64,000 nt of DNA from a virus. The DNA is taken from IMG/VR virus record IMGVR_UViG_3300036770_001413, positions 1-64,000 of that record; one strand, given 5' to 3'. A program made the position numbers and the translations under genes. This document shows positions 8,300-18,393 of the stretch, one piece after another. Position 1 is the stretch's first letter. Every line of letters begins with the position of its first letter. The notes below the pieces were generated by a model. The model did not search any database, was not told where the DNA came from, and worked only from the letters and a program-made list of their open reading frames with translations.

Positions 8300-9290
8300 T
8301 GATTTTCTCTGTCAATTTCTCTACGACTTTTGGATTGTCACGTAGATATTGAACAGCCTTTGCTCTTCCTTGTAGCCGTTCTTTTTCTATCGTATACCAT
8401 GCACCGCCTTTTTCTACAAGGCCATACATTTCAGCGACATCTAAAGTTTCTCCAACGGAATCTATTCCTACAGACTCTCCTTGGTAGTAGAAGTCATATT
8501 GTCCCGATAGATTTGGGGGACCGAGCTTGTTGTAATCAATAATCCAATTGACTGGTCTGCCAACTCTTTGTTCAATAATTTTGTCACCAACCGCAACACC
8601 AGCTTTAATAGCATTAGCTTCGGCTTCTGAAGACCAGAGCTTAACAACTGTAGAGGAAAAGAATTTAACTGCCATTCCGCCCGTGGGTATGTGGCTAGCA
8701 TGCATAGATCCAAATTGGTTTCTTTGTTGTGAAATGAGAACAAGTAATGTATTTTTGTTTGCATAGTTTAACATTTTGACTGCGTGGGTCATATCCTTTG
8801 CTTCTGCGCCGATTTGTTTTGTATCCTCAAGCTTCTTGAGTTCTGAGCTATCTTTTTCAAAATAGATGGCGGGAAGAAGAGCGGATATAGAATCAACTAC
8901 AATAATATCTACTTCTGCTTCCATTAATTGTGTAGCAACATCTACCATGTCATTAATAGTTTTTGCTGATGAGTAAATCAATTCTGATGAATCTACTCCT
9001 AGTTTTTCTGCCCACGATTGATCATAAGATGCTTCTGCATCAATCCAGGCACATGTTTTTCCATTCTTCTGTGCTTCCGCTATCATTTGTAGACAGAAGG
9101 AAGACTTTCCAGCAGACTTGTTTCCCCAAACTAAGACTTGTCTACCAAATCCAAATCCGCCTTTTAGGGCTTTGTTTAAACCAATACTTGGAGTAAGTTG
9201 TTTTTCAACCTGCACATCTACTGCAGACTGAACTCTTGATCTTGTTTTAGGGTCTAGCTTTGCTAATATGTCATCTAGGACAATTGTCAT
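8286..9290 (-). CDS. recA: RecA-family recombinase
   Basis: Walker A GNKSAGKS, WIDAE, IVVDS, GG.AVKF, KGGAWY...QGR. Confidence 0.95.
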   Translation of the reverse strand: MTIVLDDILAKLDPKTRSRVQSAVDVQVEKQLTPSIGLNKALKGGFGFGRQVLVWGNKSAGKSSFCLQMIAEAQKNGKTCAWIDAEASYDQSWAEKLGVDSSELIYSSAKTINDMVDVATQLMEAEVDIIVVDSISALLPAIYFEKDSSELKKLEDTKQIGAEAKDMTHAVKMLNYANKNTLLVLISQQRNQFGSMHASHIPTGGMAVKFFSSTVVKLWSSEAEANAIKAGVAVGDKIIEQRVGRPVNWIIDYNKLGPPNLSGQYDFYYQGESVGIDSVGETLDVAEMYGLVEKGGAWYTIEKERLQGRAKAVQYLRDNPKVVEKLTEKINAKS

Positions 9291-9313
9291 TATTTATCTT
9301 TCTTCTCTCTACT

Positions 9314-9322
9314 ATTATAGCA
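9314..9322 (-). promoter_or_regulatory. Extended -10 promoter TGCTATAAT upstream of recA
   Basis: Motif in 33-nt intergenic gap. Confidence 0.65.
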
Positions 9323-9323
9323 T

Positions 9324-9671
9324 TTAGAACAGGTTCCCGTGAAGGGGTGGACGCTGTTTATTTATTTCTATTTTTTGGTGAAGGACATCATCTAGGCTAT
9401 GCAAGACCGCCTCTTCATTTCTCATTGCTGCATATACATCTAATAATCTAATTATTGTATCTGCTATTTCTTCAACAATTTTTTCTGAGCCCTGCTTTTT
9501 TCTTATTGCTTCCAATACCTCAGTGACTTCTGAATGCACCAGAGCTAATTTATTTCCAATTTTGTCATTGGTATACTCGCCATCCCAAAATCCTTTTTCT
9601 TTTGCAGTTTCATGTAAAACTGCAGAGAGGGCATCGAGTCCATATTGGGTAAGAATATCTTCGCTATTCAT
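9324..9671 (-). CDS. MazG-like NTP pyrophosphohydrolase
   Basis: KLALVHSEVTEVLEA...EEIADTIIRLLD. Confidence 0.85.
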   Translation of the reverse strand: MNSEDILTQYGLDALSAVLHETAKEKGFWDGEYTNDKIGNKLALVHSEVTEVLEAIRKKQGSEKIVEEIADTIIRLLDVYAAMRNEEAVLHSLDDVLHQKIEINKQRPPLHGNLF

Positions 9672-9852
9672 CTTTTCCTCTTAAACTAAATTTAAAAGAT
9701 AAATCCTGATCATCATATTCTACGACCAACTCTTTATCTTCATTAGCGGCATTTACAAATCTAGTGGTCGGAACCGATAGGGTGCCGTGCTCTTCAAGTA
9801 ATGCTACCAATATTTTATTTAGGCTCATAGACTGAACTATATCTTCGGTCAT
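9664..9852 (-). CDS. Hypothetical protein
   Basis: ATGA-coupled to dnaE, SD AAGGA. Confidence 0.6.
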   Translation of the reverse strand: MTEDIVQSMSLNKILVALLEEHGTLSVPTTRFVNAANEDKELVVEYDDQDLSFKFSLRGKDE

Positions 9853-12800
9853 TTTATTTCCTTAATCATTAATGTGCCGTCATCTAATTTAGATAGCACT
9901 GGCTTACATTTCATTCCCTCTCGCATTTTAGCTAAAGTTATTTTATACATAGAAGGAAATGCAATTGCTCTGGTCAAATTTTTGTCCTTATCAGACATAA
10001 CAATGTGTGACATTGTCTTGCCAGCCTTCGTCTGATACGGTGTAAAGTTTACCACAATCTTCTCGTCTTCCGCAAGGTCATATTCTTTGCGGTATAGGAA
10101 GTCTACAAATATATCTTTAGAGTCTGGGTTTATATCATTTACATCAACATACCTAGCAATACGATTGTCTCCGACAAGAATAAAATACATCTTGCCTGTT
10201 TCAATTTGAGTTTGCTCATGATGGAATAAACCTATGCCACCAGTCTCATCTACTAATTCAACTCGTGCCCAACCCTTGCCACGCTTAATGCTCTTAACCA
10301 TTCCAAACATTACAAAGGATCCTATTGGATCAAATTGATCTATTGTTAAGGCTTGAGCTTTAACTCTTGGGGGAATATTCTTTATATCAAATGAAGGTAT
10401 GCCTAGGTATTCGTAGTATCCTTCTTTTTCTTTACCGCTCCTAGGATTATCCTGAAAGGCAGCGCCACCAATAGCGTTAAGAGAACTAATAGCCCTACTA
10501 TTAATGCCGCTTCCTTTCTTTGAGGCTTTTTCAATAAAGTCTTTATAGTTTGCATATGGTCTTCCTTCTATGATTTTGTTTGCGATACTGTCTGATATAA
10601 ATTTAATTTCTGCCAACCCAAATCGCAAAGAGTCTTTCTGTAAAGAAAAGTATACATCAGACTCGTTTATATGTGGCAGTTGAACCTTTAATCCTAATCT
10701 TTTAGCTTCTATCAGGTATTCGGTTCTTGTGTCTTTTTCTCCTTCGTTTTTGAGCGCTGCGAAAATAAACTCCAAAGGATAATGTAGCTTAAGCCAAGCG
10801 GTATAATAAGAAAGCATAGAGTAAGCAACAGCGTGAGACCTATTGAACGAGTATCCAGCATGTGCTTCAAAGTCGTGCCAAAGTTTTTCTGCTTGTTTTT
10901 TAGAAATGTGCTTTGAAGCACCTTCAATAAATTTATCTTTGAACTGGTCGAATTCTTTTGCATCCTTTTTCTTTCCAATAATTTTTCTTACCTTGTCTGC
11001 CTCAGACCAAGTCATTCCACCTAGGTGTACGCAAGCCTGCATAACCTGTTCTTGATATATAATAACTCCATAAGTATTTCTGGTAAATTCTTCCATTATG
11101 GGGTGAACATAATTTACTGCCTCATCCCCTTGCTTTCTTTTTATGTAAGAAGCTCCAACTGTATTCATAGCTCCTGGACGGACCAAGGCATTTGAGACTA
11201 CCAGATCTTCAAATACGTTTGCCCCCATCTTAATTAATAAATTTGTGTAAGGGGTTGCTTCTGCTTGGAATACTCCTTTTGTATATCCTTCTGTGAGCAT
11301 CTTGTAAACTTCTTTATCATCAAGACTTATCTCTGACAGTTTTATTTCTTTGCTAGTTCTTTCCTTAATAGAATTTAATGTGTCTGCAATTACGGACAGG
11401 CACTTAAGTCCTAGGGCATCGATTTTAATTAGACCAATATCTGCAACCGTGTCCATGTCATATGCAATTACTGGAATTCTTCCAGAAGCCTTATCTTCAC
11501 GGTCTTCTCTAGTTTCTACTGGACCATAATTTCTAATATCATCTTTTGCCACCACAACTCCAGCAGCATGGATACCTGTACTTCTTATCTTGCCACGTAA
11601 ATTTTCTGCAAGCCAAGTTACTTCAGGATATTTCATTCTAAACTCTTTTGTATTTGGAGAAGTAGCATACTCTTCAAATGTATCTACAGACTTTAATGCA
11701 TGGTTAACATCAGAAAGCGGAACCATAAAAGCACGAGCAGCATCACGAACTACACCTTTATCCTTAAAATAAGTAAATGTAGAAATAGATGCAACGTGCT
11801 TGAATTTCTTTTTTAAATAATCTTTTACTTCTTTACGGCGGCGGTCCTCAAAATCCGTATCAATATCTGGAAAGTCATTACGATCTGGGTTAATGAACCT
11901 AAAAAATAGGAGGCCATATTCAATTGGATCTACATCTGTAATTCCAATTGTATAGCAGACCAACGATCCTGCTGCCGAACCACGTCCTGGCCCAACTAAT
12001 ATGCCTTGGGACTTTGACCAATTAATCATATCTGCAACTATTAGAAAGTATGAGGCAAAGTTTTTATCCTTAATAACCTGCAATTCTTCCTCTAGGCGAG
12101 CCCTATAGACCTCATCTGAGGCCTTCCCTAGCCCTTCTAAGCCCTTTTCAGCTAGGTCCCGTAGCTTTTCATCAGCATTGGTCTTTGGGACTGGCAGGAG
12201 GTCTAGGTTACGATTTAGGTCATATGAGCTAACCTTGTCTGCTATCTCTAGGGTATTATCAAATATATCAGTTCTATTTATTCCAGCCTTTTTAAAGTCC
12301 GCCTCAATTTCCTCACGAGTCTGCATAAATAGATTCATGCCCTTAAATGACATACGGCGGTCAGGGTATAAATAATCAAATCTATCTGACATATCTTTTA
12401 TCTGACGAGACATTTCAAAATCGGCATCTTTGTCTGCCTTTGGATTTGTGGATATAATTAATAGGGCTTCTTCTAAAAGCTTATCTTCTTTTCTAGCATA
12501 GTGGATATCCCCTGTTGCCACCGCCTTAATTCCTAATTCGTCTGCTAATTCTAAAAGCTTTTCGTTTATTTGCGGCGGATTGTGAGATTGCACCTCAACA
12601 TAAAAATCATCTAAAAAGGTTTGCTTAAAATTCTTTAGTAGAATTCTGGCTTCTGAGAACTCTTCTTTTTCAATAGCTTTGCTTACAATACCATTAAGGC
12701 ACCCAGACAAAACAATAATGCCTTCAGAGTATTCATTTAATATCTCTCTATCGATACGTGGCTTAGAATAAAATCCTTCTGTCCATGCTATCTCTTGTAG

Positions 12801-13118
12801 TTTATTTATATTTTCTAGCCCCTTCTTATTTTTTGCAAGAAGGATAATATGATTATACGCTTGAATACTTTTATCTTTAAATGATGATCTATCAAATCTA
12901 TCTGTTGGAGAGATATAGGCTTCTACTCCAAGAATTGGTTTTACTCCATACGTGTCACAAGCAATTTGTATTTCACGATGTGACGATAATGTTCCATGGT
13001 CGGTTATTGAGATTGCAGGCATGCCAAGTATCTTAGCCTGCTTTACCAAATCCTCTGGTGAATTTAATCCATCCATTGCAGAGTAATGGCTGTGAACGTG
13101 TAAATGTATGAAACTCAT
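9849..13118 (-). CDS. dnaE: Family C DNA polymerase (Pol III alpha subunit)
   Basis: PHP domain HLHVHS/TDHG, GPGRGSAAGS, PDIDTDF, HAAGVV, YSFNRSHA; no intein visible. Confidence 0.97.
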   Translation of the reverse strand: MSFIHLHVHSHYSAMDGLNSPEDLVKQAKILGMPAISITDHGTLSSHREIQIACDTYGVKPILGVEAYISPTDRFDRSSFKDKSIQAYNHIILLAKNKKGLENINKLQEIAWTEGFYSKPRIDREILNEYSEGIIVLSGCLNGIVSKAIEKEEFSEARILLKNFKQTFLDDFYVEVQSHNPPQINEKLLELADELGIKAVATGDIHYARKEDKLLEEALLIISTNPKADKDADFEMSRQIKDMSDRFDYLYPDRRMSFKGMNLFMQTREEIEADFKKAGINRTDIFDNTLEIADKVSSYDLNRNLDLLPVPKTNADEKLRDLAEKGLEGLGKASDEVYRARLEEELQVIKDKNFASYFLIVADMINWSKSQGILVGPGRGSAAGSLVCYTIGITDVDPIEYGLLFFRFINPDRNDFPDIDTDFEDRRRKEVKDYLKKKFKHVASISTFTYFKDKGVVRDAARAFMVPLSDVNHALKSVDTFEEYATSPNTKEFRMKYPEVTWLAENLRGKIRSTGIHAAGVVVAKDDIRNYGPVETREDREDKASGRIPVIAYDMDTVADIGLIKIDALGLKCLSVIADTLNSIKERTSKEIKLSEISLDDKEVYKMLTEGYTKGVFQAEATPYTNLLIKMGANVFEDLVVSNALVRPGAMNTVGASYIKRKQGDEAVNYVHPIMEEFTRNTYGVIIYQEQVMQACVHLGGMTWSEADKVRKIIGKKKDAKEFDQFKDKFIEGASKHISKKQAEKLWHDFEAHAGYSFNRSHAVAYSMLSYYTAWLKLHYPLEFIFAALKNEGEKDTRTEYLIEAKRLGLKVQLPHINESDVYFSLQKDSLRFGLAEIKFISDSIANKIIEGRPYANYKDFIEKASKKGSGINSRAISSLNAIGGAAFQDNPRSGKEKEGYYEYLGIPSFDIKNIPPRVKAQALTIDQFDPIGSFVMFGMVKSIKRGKGWARVELVDETGGIGLFHHEQTQIETGKMYFILVGDNRIARYVDVNDINPDSKDIFVDFLYRKEYDLAEDEKIVVNFTPYQTKAGKTMSHIVMSDKDKNLTRAIAFPSMYKITLAKMREGMKCKPVLSKLDDGTLMIKEIK

Positions 13119-13129
13119 AACCGCCTTAA

Positions 13130-13149
13130 TGGGGGCCCGAAGGCCCCCA
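13130..13149 (-). other. Extra-stable cUUCGg tetraloop hairpin between ssb and dnaE
   Basis: TGGGGGCC-TTCG-GGCCCCCA on the minus strand; no U-tract follows. Confidence 0.75.
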
Positions 13150-13162
13150 CAATATTACTGGT

Positions 13163-13837
13163 CTATGCCCAGACTTCGCTACTGCCAGTTGCAGAGCTGT
13201 ATTCTTCTTGTGAACTATCACCTGTGTAAAAAGCTTCTTGCTCAGCATAAGGAACATGTCTTACTGCTGTCTTCTCTAGATCAAATAACTCTAGGTTAGA
13301 GAAATCAAAAGGCTTCTCATCTTTTGCAAGTGGAATAATTGTGTAACTGGTGTCTGTCTTTGTACCAGTTCTCTTGATTCTCCACATTAGATTTGTAATG
13401 CTTCCCATTTCACCAGCATACTCAATTAGAGTTGGTGTAACAGATTTTCCGCTTGTTCCTTGAGAAAGGATTGCTACGTATGGATCATTCTTGCCGTCGT
13501 CAACAAGCACGTTAATATAAAGACGTGGTCTTGCCTTCCATCCAGCCTTTGGATCTTTACGGTGTTGTTCTTGTGCCCAATCACGGCCTTCTGTCTCCAT
13601 TGTATCTAGAGCTTTACGGCGGTAATCTTTTGGATTTGTGTGCTCTAATGCGATAAATCCGCAACCGAGCTTGTCATTATAATTTGGTGAATCTGGATCT
13701 AGTTCCTGTAGGAATCTAATCTTGATGCTTTCGCCGTCTTCAATCTTTAACCAGCGACCCTTATTTTCTTCCCCACCAGTGTAGGTAGGCTTGTCTAGCG
13801 CTTTGTTTAGGTCCTTTAGACCTTTTACTATACTCAT
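13163..13837 (-). CDS. Phage single-stranded DNA-binding protein (gp32-like)
   Basis: WLKIEDGESIKIRFL, KRTG..TDTSY, acidic C-terminal tail, located between primase and polymerase. Confidence 0.75.
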   Translation of the reverse strand: MSIVKGLKDLNKALDKPTYTGGEENKGRWLKIEDGESIKIRFLQELDPDSPNYNDKLGCGFIALEHTNPKDYRRKALDTMETEGRDWAQEQHRKDPKAGWKARPRLYINVLVDDGKNDPYVAILSQGTSGKSVTPTLIEYAGEMGSITNLMWRIKRTGTKTDTSYTIIPLAKDEKPFDFSNLELFDLEKTAVRHVPYAEQEAFYTGDSSQEEYSSATGSSEVWA

Positions 13838-13882
13838 TTATTTCTCCTCTATAGTTTACGGTATATATCCGTCTGTTTATCC

Positions 13883-13891
13883 ATTATATCA
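13883..13891 (-). promoter_or_regulatory. Extended -10 promoter TGATATAAT upstream of ssb (TGA is the primase stop)
   Basis: Motif match and spacing to SD GAGGAG. Confidence 0.6.
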
Positions 13892-14887
13892 TGAGTTCCA
13901 GGATCGATATTCGATATCAGAAACTGCGTTCTTTATACATGCAATAATATCTTTTTCAGACATATCGCCTGCATCTTTTGCTTCATGTGGGTATATCTTA
14001 CCATATTCGTAAGAAGCCCACAAGATGTCTTTATTTCTTAATCGGCTGGCGATACTAAGTCCTAATTCTCTTCCAGCCAAATCTGAATCTGTCATTATTA
14101 TTATTCTATTAAAATATCTATTTAGTAAACCAATATTCTCTTTTGATAAATGCCCGCCCAAGGTTGCAACAACATTTGGAAATCCTGCCTGATGGACACG
14201 TATGGCATCAAATGTGGACTCAACAATAATAACATTCTCTCCAATGCGTTTAGCCCTATGGATATTAAACATTGTTTTATTCTTAGGAAGGTTAGTACTA
14301 TTCTTAAACTTCTTTTCTTTTATTGATCTGCCTACAAGTCCTACTGGCAGACCATCTGGGCTATGTACTGGGACAATAGCCATTCCCATTTTAGAAGAAT
14401 ATCCTAATCTAAAGTATTGCATAGACTCTTCATTTATTCCTCTAGATTTAAAATAGTCTTTTGCCTCTTCATTTGTGCCTAACTCATTATATAGATTGTC
14501 TAATACCTCTTGTGAGAATTCTTCAAAGTCTGGCTTCTCATCAAATAATGAACTTAGGGTGTCTTGAAATGCATCTGATGCTTCTGACTTCTTGGATAAT
14601 ATAAACCTTAAAGTTTCAAACTCATTCTTATTTGATATCTTCTTTACAAGATCCTTTATGCCGCCTGCCTCTCCGCATGACGGGTTAAAGCATAGCCAAG
14701 CTCCAGTTTCTTCGCTGATATAAAAAGATGGCGTGTGAGTGTTATTATGAAAAGGGCAATACAGCACTATGTTATTATTTGAGCCGCCAACAATTCTAAG
14801 ACCTAGTCCTTTGACTATTGCTTTGATGTGGTTGGGCGCATAGAGCGAGGTATCAGCTTGCCCTGTGTAATCCCCTCTGACTGCCAT
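13889..14887 (-). CDS. dnaG: DNA primase (CHC2 zinc finger plus TOPRIM)
   Basis: CPFH...CFNPSC, IIVESTFDA, MTDSDLAG, KDAGD; probable start ATG 14887 rather than 14938. Confidence 0.92.
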   Translation of the reverse strand: MAVRGDYTGQADTSLYAPNHIKAIVKGLGLRIVGGSNNNIVLYCPFHNNTHTPSFYISEETGAWLCFNPSCGEAGGIKDLVKKISNKNEFETLRFILSKKSEASDAFQDTLSSLFDEKPDFEEFSQEVLDNLYNELGTNEEAKDYFKSRGINEESMQYFRLGYSSKMGMAIVPVHSPDGLPVGLVGRSIKEKKFKNSTNLPKNKTMFNIHRAKRIGENVIIVESTFDAIRVHQAGFPNVVATLGGHLSKENIGLLNRYFNRIIIMTDSDLAGRELGLSIASRLRNKDILWASYEYGKIYPHEAKDAGDMSEKDIIACIKNAVSDIEYRSWNS

Positions 14888-15114
14888 GCCTTCTTCTTTC
14901 CTACATATATACCATGGATAGTCATTAGGAACTTCCATGTCTCGCCTGTAAATTCTACCGAAAATGCGGGGTCAATGTCAAGGACCCTTGCATATCCTTT
15001 TATTCTCATGTCATGAGTTATCAAATTCTCAAATTGATTTTTAATTCTTATCATATCTGAGTCATCTGCAAACTCTACACCTACTTGAAACTTTTTAATT
15101 GACCTGTGGATCAT
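14815..15114 (-). CDS. Hypothetical protein between helicase and primase
   Basis: ORF fills the gap, overlaps both neighbours. Confidence 0.65.
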   Translation of the reverse strand: MIHRSIKKFQVGVEFADDSDMIRIKNQFENLITHDMRIKGYARVLDIDPAFSVEFTGETWKFLMTIHGIYVGKKKAWQSEGITQGKLIPRSMRPTTSKQ

Positions 15115-16348
15115 TATTTAGATTTGGCAAATTCTCGTAGATGGGCTTGATAATTCCCCTGTTGATATCCCAGTCAAGATAAAAATCAAACTCATGTCCA
15201 TGTCGATTCTTTCTGCTAACCACTTCAATCATATTTGTATTCGGATACTTGTGGATAGCCATCGCCATATCGGCATCGTATTCAATTGCCTTTGACCATG
15301 CAACTTGACTCATCATTGGTGGTTCATCTTGGTCCGATATATCGTCTGCCGTTGCAGCGGTGATGTCGATAATCGGAATATTATTTGATACTGCAAGCAA
15401 TTTAAACTCACGAGAGATATTACGGTTACGCTCTACTTCTGAGTTGCTTCGTTTGTTATCGTTAAATAGCTGGTGGTAATCTAGAATAACTAAATCTGGC
15501 TTATGCTGGTCAATCTTACCCTGCACAACAGATGGAGTAACATCCGCAAGACCTTCATTAGATACTAGGATAAAACCGTTCTTATTCTCAAACTTCTTTT
15601 TACCCCACGCTCTAAAGTCATCAATGTTCACATCGCCTTTAGAGAAGTCGCTATTTTTAAATAGTCCTGAGCCCATGATAGTATAAATACGATCACGCAT
15701 ATTCTCTGGTGACATTTCTAAGGATACAATCATTGGCTTGAATCCTAGTTCCCATGCTTTACATGCAAGGTATGCGGTAAACCAAGTCTTACCTTTTCCT
15801 GGCCAGCCAATAGCAACAATTAAATGTCCTGGGGCCATACCTGTAGGGTATGCCTTATCAATTGCTTCAATGCCTGTGAGGATTCCTGGACTTCCGCCCA
15901 TTACTGCAGAACGCTCTTTAACATTAGAGAAGTGCTGCTCTGCTAATTCAATGTCTGTGAGATCTACGTCTCTGATATTATTTGTATGACGGCTTAGCGT
16001 TGCCAGCCTACTTTGCATTTCAGCAAGAACCCTAGGCGGTGAATCTTCTTTTAATGCAGAGCCTGCCTGCAAAATAATAGTCTTAAGTCTGCTAGAAACA
16101 TAATCATTCTTTAGTTGGTCAAGATAGTAGCCCGTCTCTCCTTTAACATCTGGCGCTGGCTCAAAGTCTTTGTGTCTTTCCATAAGGATACCTACCTCTG
16201 GAACAGACTTAAACTTGTAATAATAACTCTTTAAACTCTCCCATACATCACGATAGGCAGTAAATAGCTCATCAACATTTGAAGTCAGTAGAGTGCTAAT
16301 ATCTTTATTCTTGCATACTGATGTTATTACCTTAGCCTCTATATTCAT
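15095..16348 (-). CDS. dnaB: Replicative helicase DnaB family
   Basis: GWPGKGKT, SLEMS, VILDY, IEYDAD, KNRHG. Confidence 0.93.
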   Translation of the reverse strand: MNIEAKVITSVCKNKDISTLLTSNVDELFTAYRDVWESLKSYYYKFKSVPEVGILMERHKDFEPAPDVKGETGYYLDQLKNDYVSSRLKTIILQAGSALKEDSPPRVLAEMQSRLATLSRHTNNIRDVDLTDIELAEQHFSNVKERSAVMGGSPGILTGIEAIDKAYPTGMAPGHLIVAIGWPGKGKTWFTAYLACKAWELGFKPMIVSLEMSPENMRDRIYTIMGSGLFKNSDFSKGDVNIDDFRAWGKKKFENKNGFILVSNEGLADVTPSVVQGKIDQHKPDLVILDYHQLFNDNKRSNSEVERNRNISREFKLLAVSNNIPIIDITAATADDISDQDEPPMMSQVAWSKAIEYDADMAMAIHKYPNTNMIEVVSRKNRHGHEFDFYLDWDINRGIIKPIYENLPNLNNDPQVN

Positions 16349-16668
16349 TCCTGTCCGCCTTCTACTAGGGTCTTAGTCTGTTGCCTTAGCATAGACCTAT
16401 TAATTCTGTCTTTTTCTCTTTCCTTCTCAACCTGATCCATTCTATCAAAGTTGTAAAAAAAGAAGTTCAATGGATGACCGTTCTTACCTGTTCTAAAATA
16501 ATAATCGAGCAGTTCCCTTGCACGGTCATATCCTACACTATCAATGACATCTTGCATAGCCCACTTCTCACGAAACCTATTTATCTTTGGCTTCCTGCTA
16601 TACTTCTGAGAATACAAATCTTCATAGTAGGCTATTAGCATGTAGGGTTCTTTATTTTTTACTGCCAC
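16345..16668 (-). CDS. Hypothetical protein, possible helicase loader/replication accessory
   Basis: ATGA-coupled directly upstream of dnaB; function inferred from position only. Confidence 0.55.
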   Translation of the reverse strand: MAVKNKEPYMLIAYYEDLYSQKYSRKPKINRFREKWAMQDVIDSVGYDRARELLDYYFRTGKNGHPLNFFFYNFDRMDQVEKEREKDRINRSMLRQQTKTLVEGGQE

Positions 16669-16861
16669 GCAATTCCTCTTCTACTTCACGGGTCTTCTCA
16701 ATGAGCTTCTCTTCAACAAACTTATATACACGCTCAGTCGCCGAAGTAACGTTCTCCCCAGACCTTACGATATCTTCTACGCCTAATCCAATTCTTATGC
16801 TTTCATAGTTGCCAAGATTTCTGGTAAACGACAGTTCAACCTTTACTTTTGTATCAGACAT
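16652..16861 (-). CDS. Conserved phage hypothetical protein (TRNLGNYESIRI motif)
   Basis: SD AAGGAG, TAATG-coupled. Confidence 0.7.
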   Translation of the reverse strand: MSDTKVKVELSFTRNLGNYESIRIGLGVEDIVRSGENVTSATERVYKFVEEKLIEKTREVEEELRGSKK

Positions 16862-16968
16862 TATTTGTGCTCCTTCTTATGTCTACTCAAGGCATCGTGT
16901 CCAAATATACCCCAACGTAATTCTATTTCCTTATTACAAATATCACATAAAACAAATCTATTGGCCAT
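16861..16968 (-). CDS. 35-aa C2H2-type zinc-finger peptide (not in ORF track)
   Basis: MANRFVLCDICNKEIELRWGIFGHDALSRHKKEHK; TAATG-coupled at both ends. Confidence 0.7.
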   Translation of the reverse strand: MANRFVLCDICNKEIELRWGIFGHDALSRHKKEHK

Positions 16969-17456
16969 TAATCTTCCGCCTTCCATACTGGGATAAACCG
17001 ACCATCGGTTGTCTTAGTATACAATATTATATCGTTTCTGAGAAGAGCCACTAATTCTGTGCGGGAGGGGGTGGAGGAAGAATATCCATCATCTAATATA
17101 AACTGATGTATCTTTAAGATATCTTCCTCCGTTAACATATATTGAGACCATCCCGTAGATTCAGGATTACTAATTGGATATATTTTAGTTGGAGCCTGGA
17201 TCTTCCCCGCCAAAATATAATCTTCAATTGTAATCTTATGCTTATTTAATACTTTAGCTGCTTCTTTTAAAGTATAAGCCCTTTTCATATACTTCTTAAC
17301 TAAAGAATAATTATACATAACTCTTCGTTTATCAGGATAGCACCAAGCAGTTACCTCATCTTTTGCACGAGACACATAAAGGGATTTATGTATCTTGCCC
17401 TCTAAGAAGAAATAGAGTAATGCTTTTGTTGTTCTAGTTCTTTTTGTTCTAGCCAT
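16968..17456 (-). CDS. DNA-binding protein with MerR/excisionase-like HTH
   Basis: YTLKEAAKVLNKHKITIEDYILAGKI...YMLTEEDI. Confidence 0.7.
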   Translation of the reverse strand: MARTKRTRTTKALLYFFLEGKIHKSLYVSRAKDEVTAWCYPDKRRVMYNYSLVKKYMKRAYTLKEAAKVLNKHKITIEDYILAGKIQAPTKIYPISNPESTGWSQYMLTEEDILKIHQFILDDGYSSSTPSRTELVALLRNDIILYTKTTDGRFIPVWKAED

Positions 17457-17590
17457 GTGCCTAAAGGGTTTCTATCCTTATTCAACATCCACCTTTTTCC
17501 GCATAATAGGCAGAAAAGTTCTATATGCAATTTCTGCGAGAAGACTCTGTCCACAAAGACTCTACCACCGCATTTTTTACACTTCATCAT
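17402..17590 (-). CDS. Zinc-ribbon protein
   Basis: CKKCGG...CLLCG. Confidence 0.7.
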   Translation of the reverse strand: MMKCKKCGGRVFVDRVFSQKLHIELFCLLCGKRWMLNKDRNPLGTWLEQKELEQQKHYSISS

Positions 17591-18393
17591 AATTTAAAAT
17601 ATTTCCCATCTACAACACAAGAATAATCTGGGGAGATATGAATCATTTGTATATGTGGGTATTTGCCAGCCTCAATATGAGCAACCGCAAATCCCTTTTG
17701 CCAATCATGGTGAGTAGCATATTTCATGCCGTCACTTTTTTCATCACACATATGTCCGATTTCATAGCCACGTATTGTTTCTCCCTTGCCATTATTTCTT
17801 AGTTCATATGTTTGGAAATGAGAGGCAATTCTATGTGAGTGTCCACGAATTAAGGATACCTGAAGATCGTTCATGTCTTTACGTACCGCCCCAGTATCTG
17901 CTACTGATAGGCCGTGATGAACGTGAATATCTCCAAATCTTTTCTTAGGAAGTTCATTATAATAAATGTAATCATACCCCAAAGAATCTAGGTTCCAAAG
18001 ATTTTCTGGCGTTACGTGCTTAATATAATCTGGAAGCTTTGCATCTATATAATTAAATATTCTGATGTCATGGTTACCTAAAGCAGAAAATAACTGGGCA
18101 TTCTTACCTGCTACCTTTCTTACTTCTGCATAGAAATCTCTAGCACCTTTTGCTTCGTGCTCCATCAATGGAACAATCATCTGGCCGTTCTCATCTTTGT
18201 GCATTCTTAAAAACTCTGCGGATCTTCCTTCGGTAAACCTGCTATAGCAAGCTTGGTCGTCGGTGTCGCCAAGAATATCTACTACATCTGGTTTAAACCA
18301 TTTCATTACTTTAAACCATAAAGCAATTGCTTTATCATCTTGATACGGAATCTGTTGATCGGACGATAACATCCATTTAAGATCGTTTGCCAT
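17587..18393 (-). CDS. Calcineurin-like metallophosphoesterase
   Basis: SDQQ, LGD, GNHD, HHG, GHSH motifs. Confidence 0.85.
   Translation of the reverse strand: MANDLKWMLSSDQQIPYQDDKAIALWFKVMKWFKPDVVDILGDTDDQACYSRFTEGRSAEFLRMHKDENGQMIVPLMEHEAKGARDFYAEVRKVAGKNAQLFSALGNHDIRIFNYIDAKLPDYIKHVTPENLWNLDSLGYDYIYYNELPKKRFGDIHVHHGLSVADTGAVRKDMNDLQVSLIRGHSHRIASHFQTYELRNNGKGETIRGYEIGHMCDEKSDGMKYATHHDWQKGFAVAHIEAGKYPHIQMIHISPDYSCVVDGKYFKL

Noticed and set aside
9849-13118. Possible intein or intron in dnaE, recA, dnaB or terL
   Set aside because: Protein lengths are ordinary, motifs are contiguous and no C...HN splice junctions are seen
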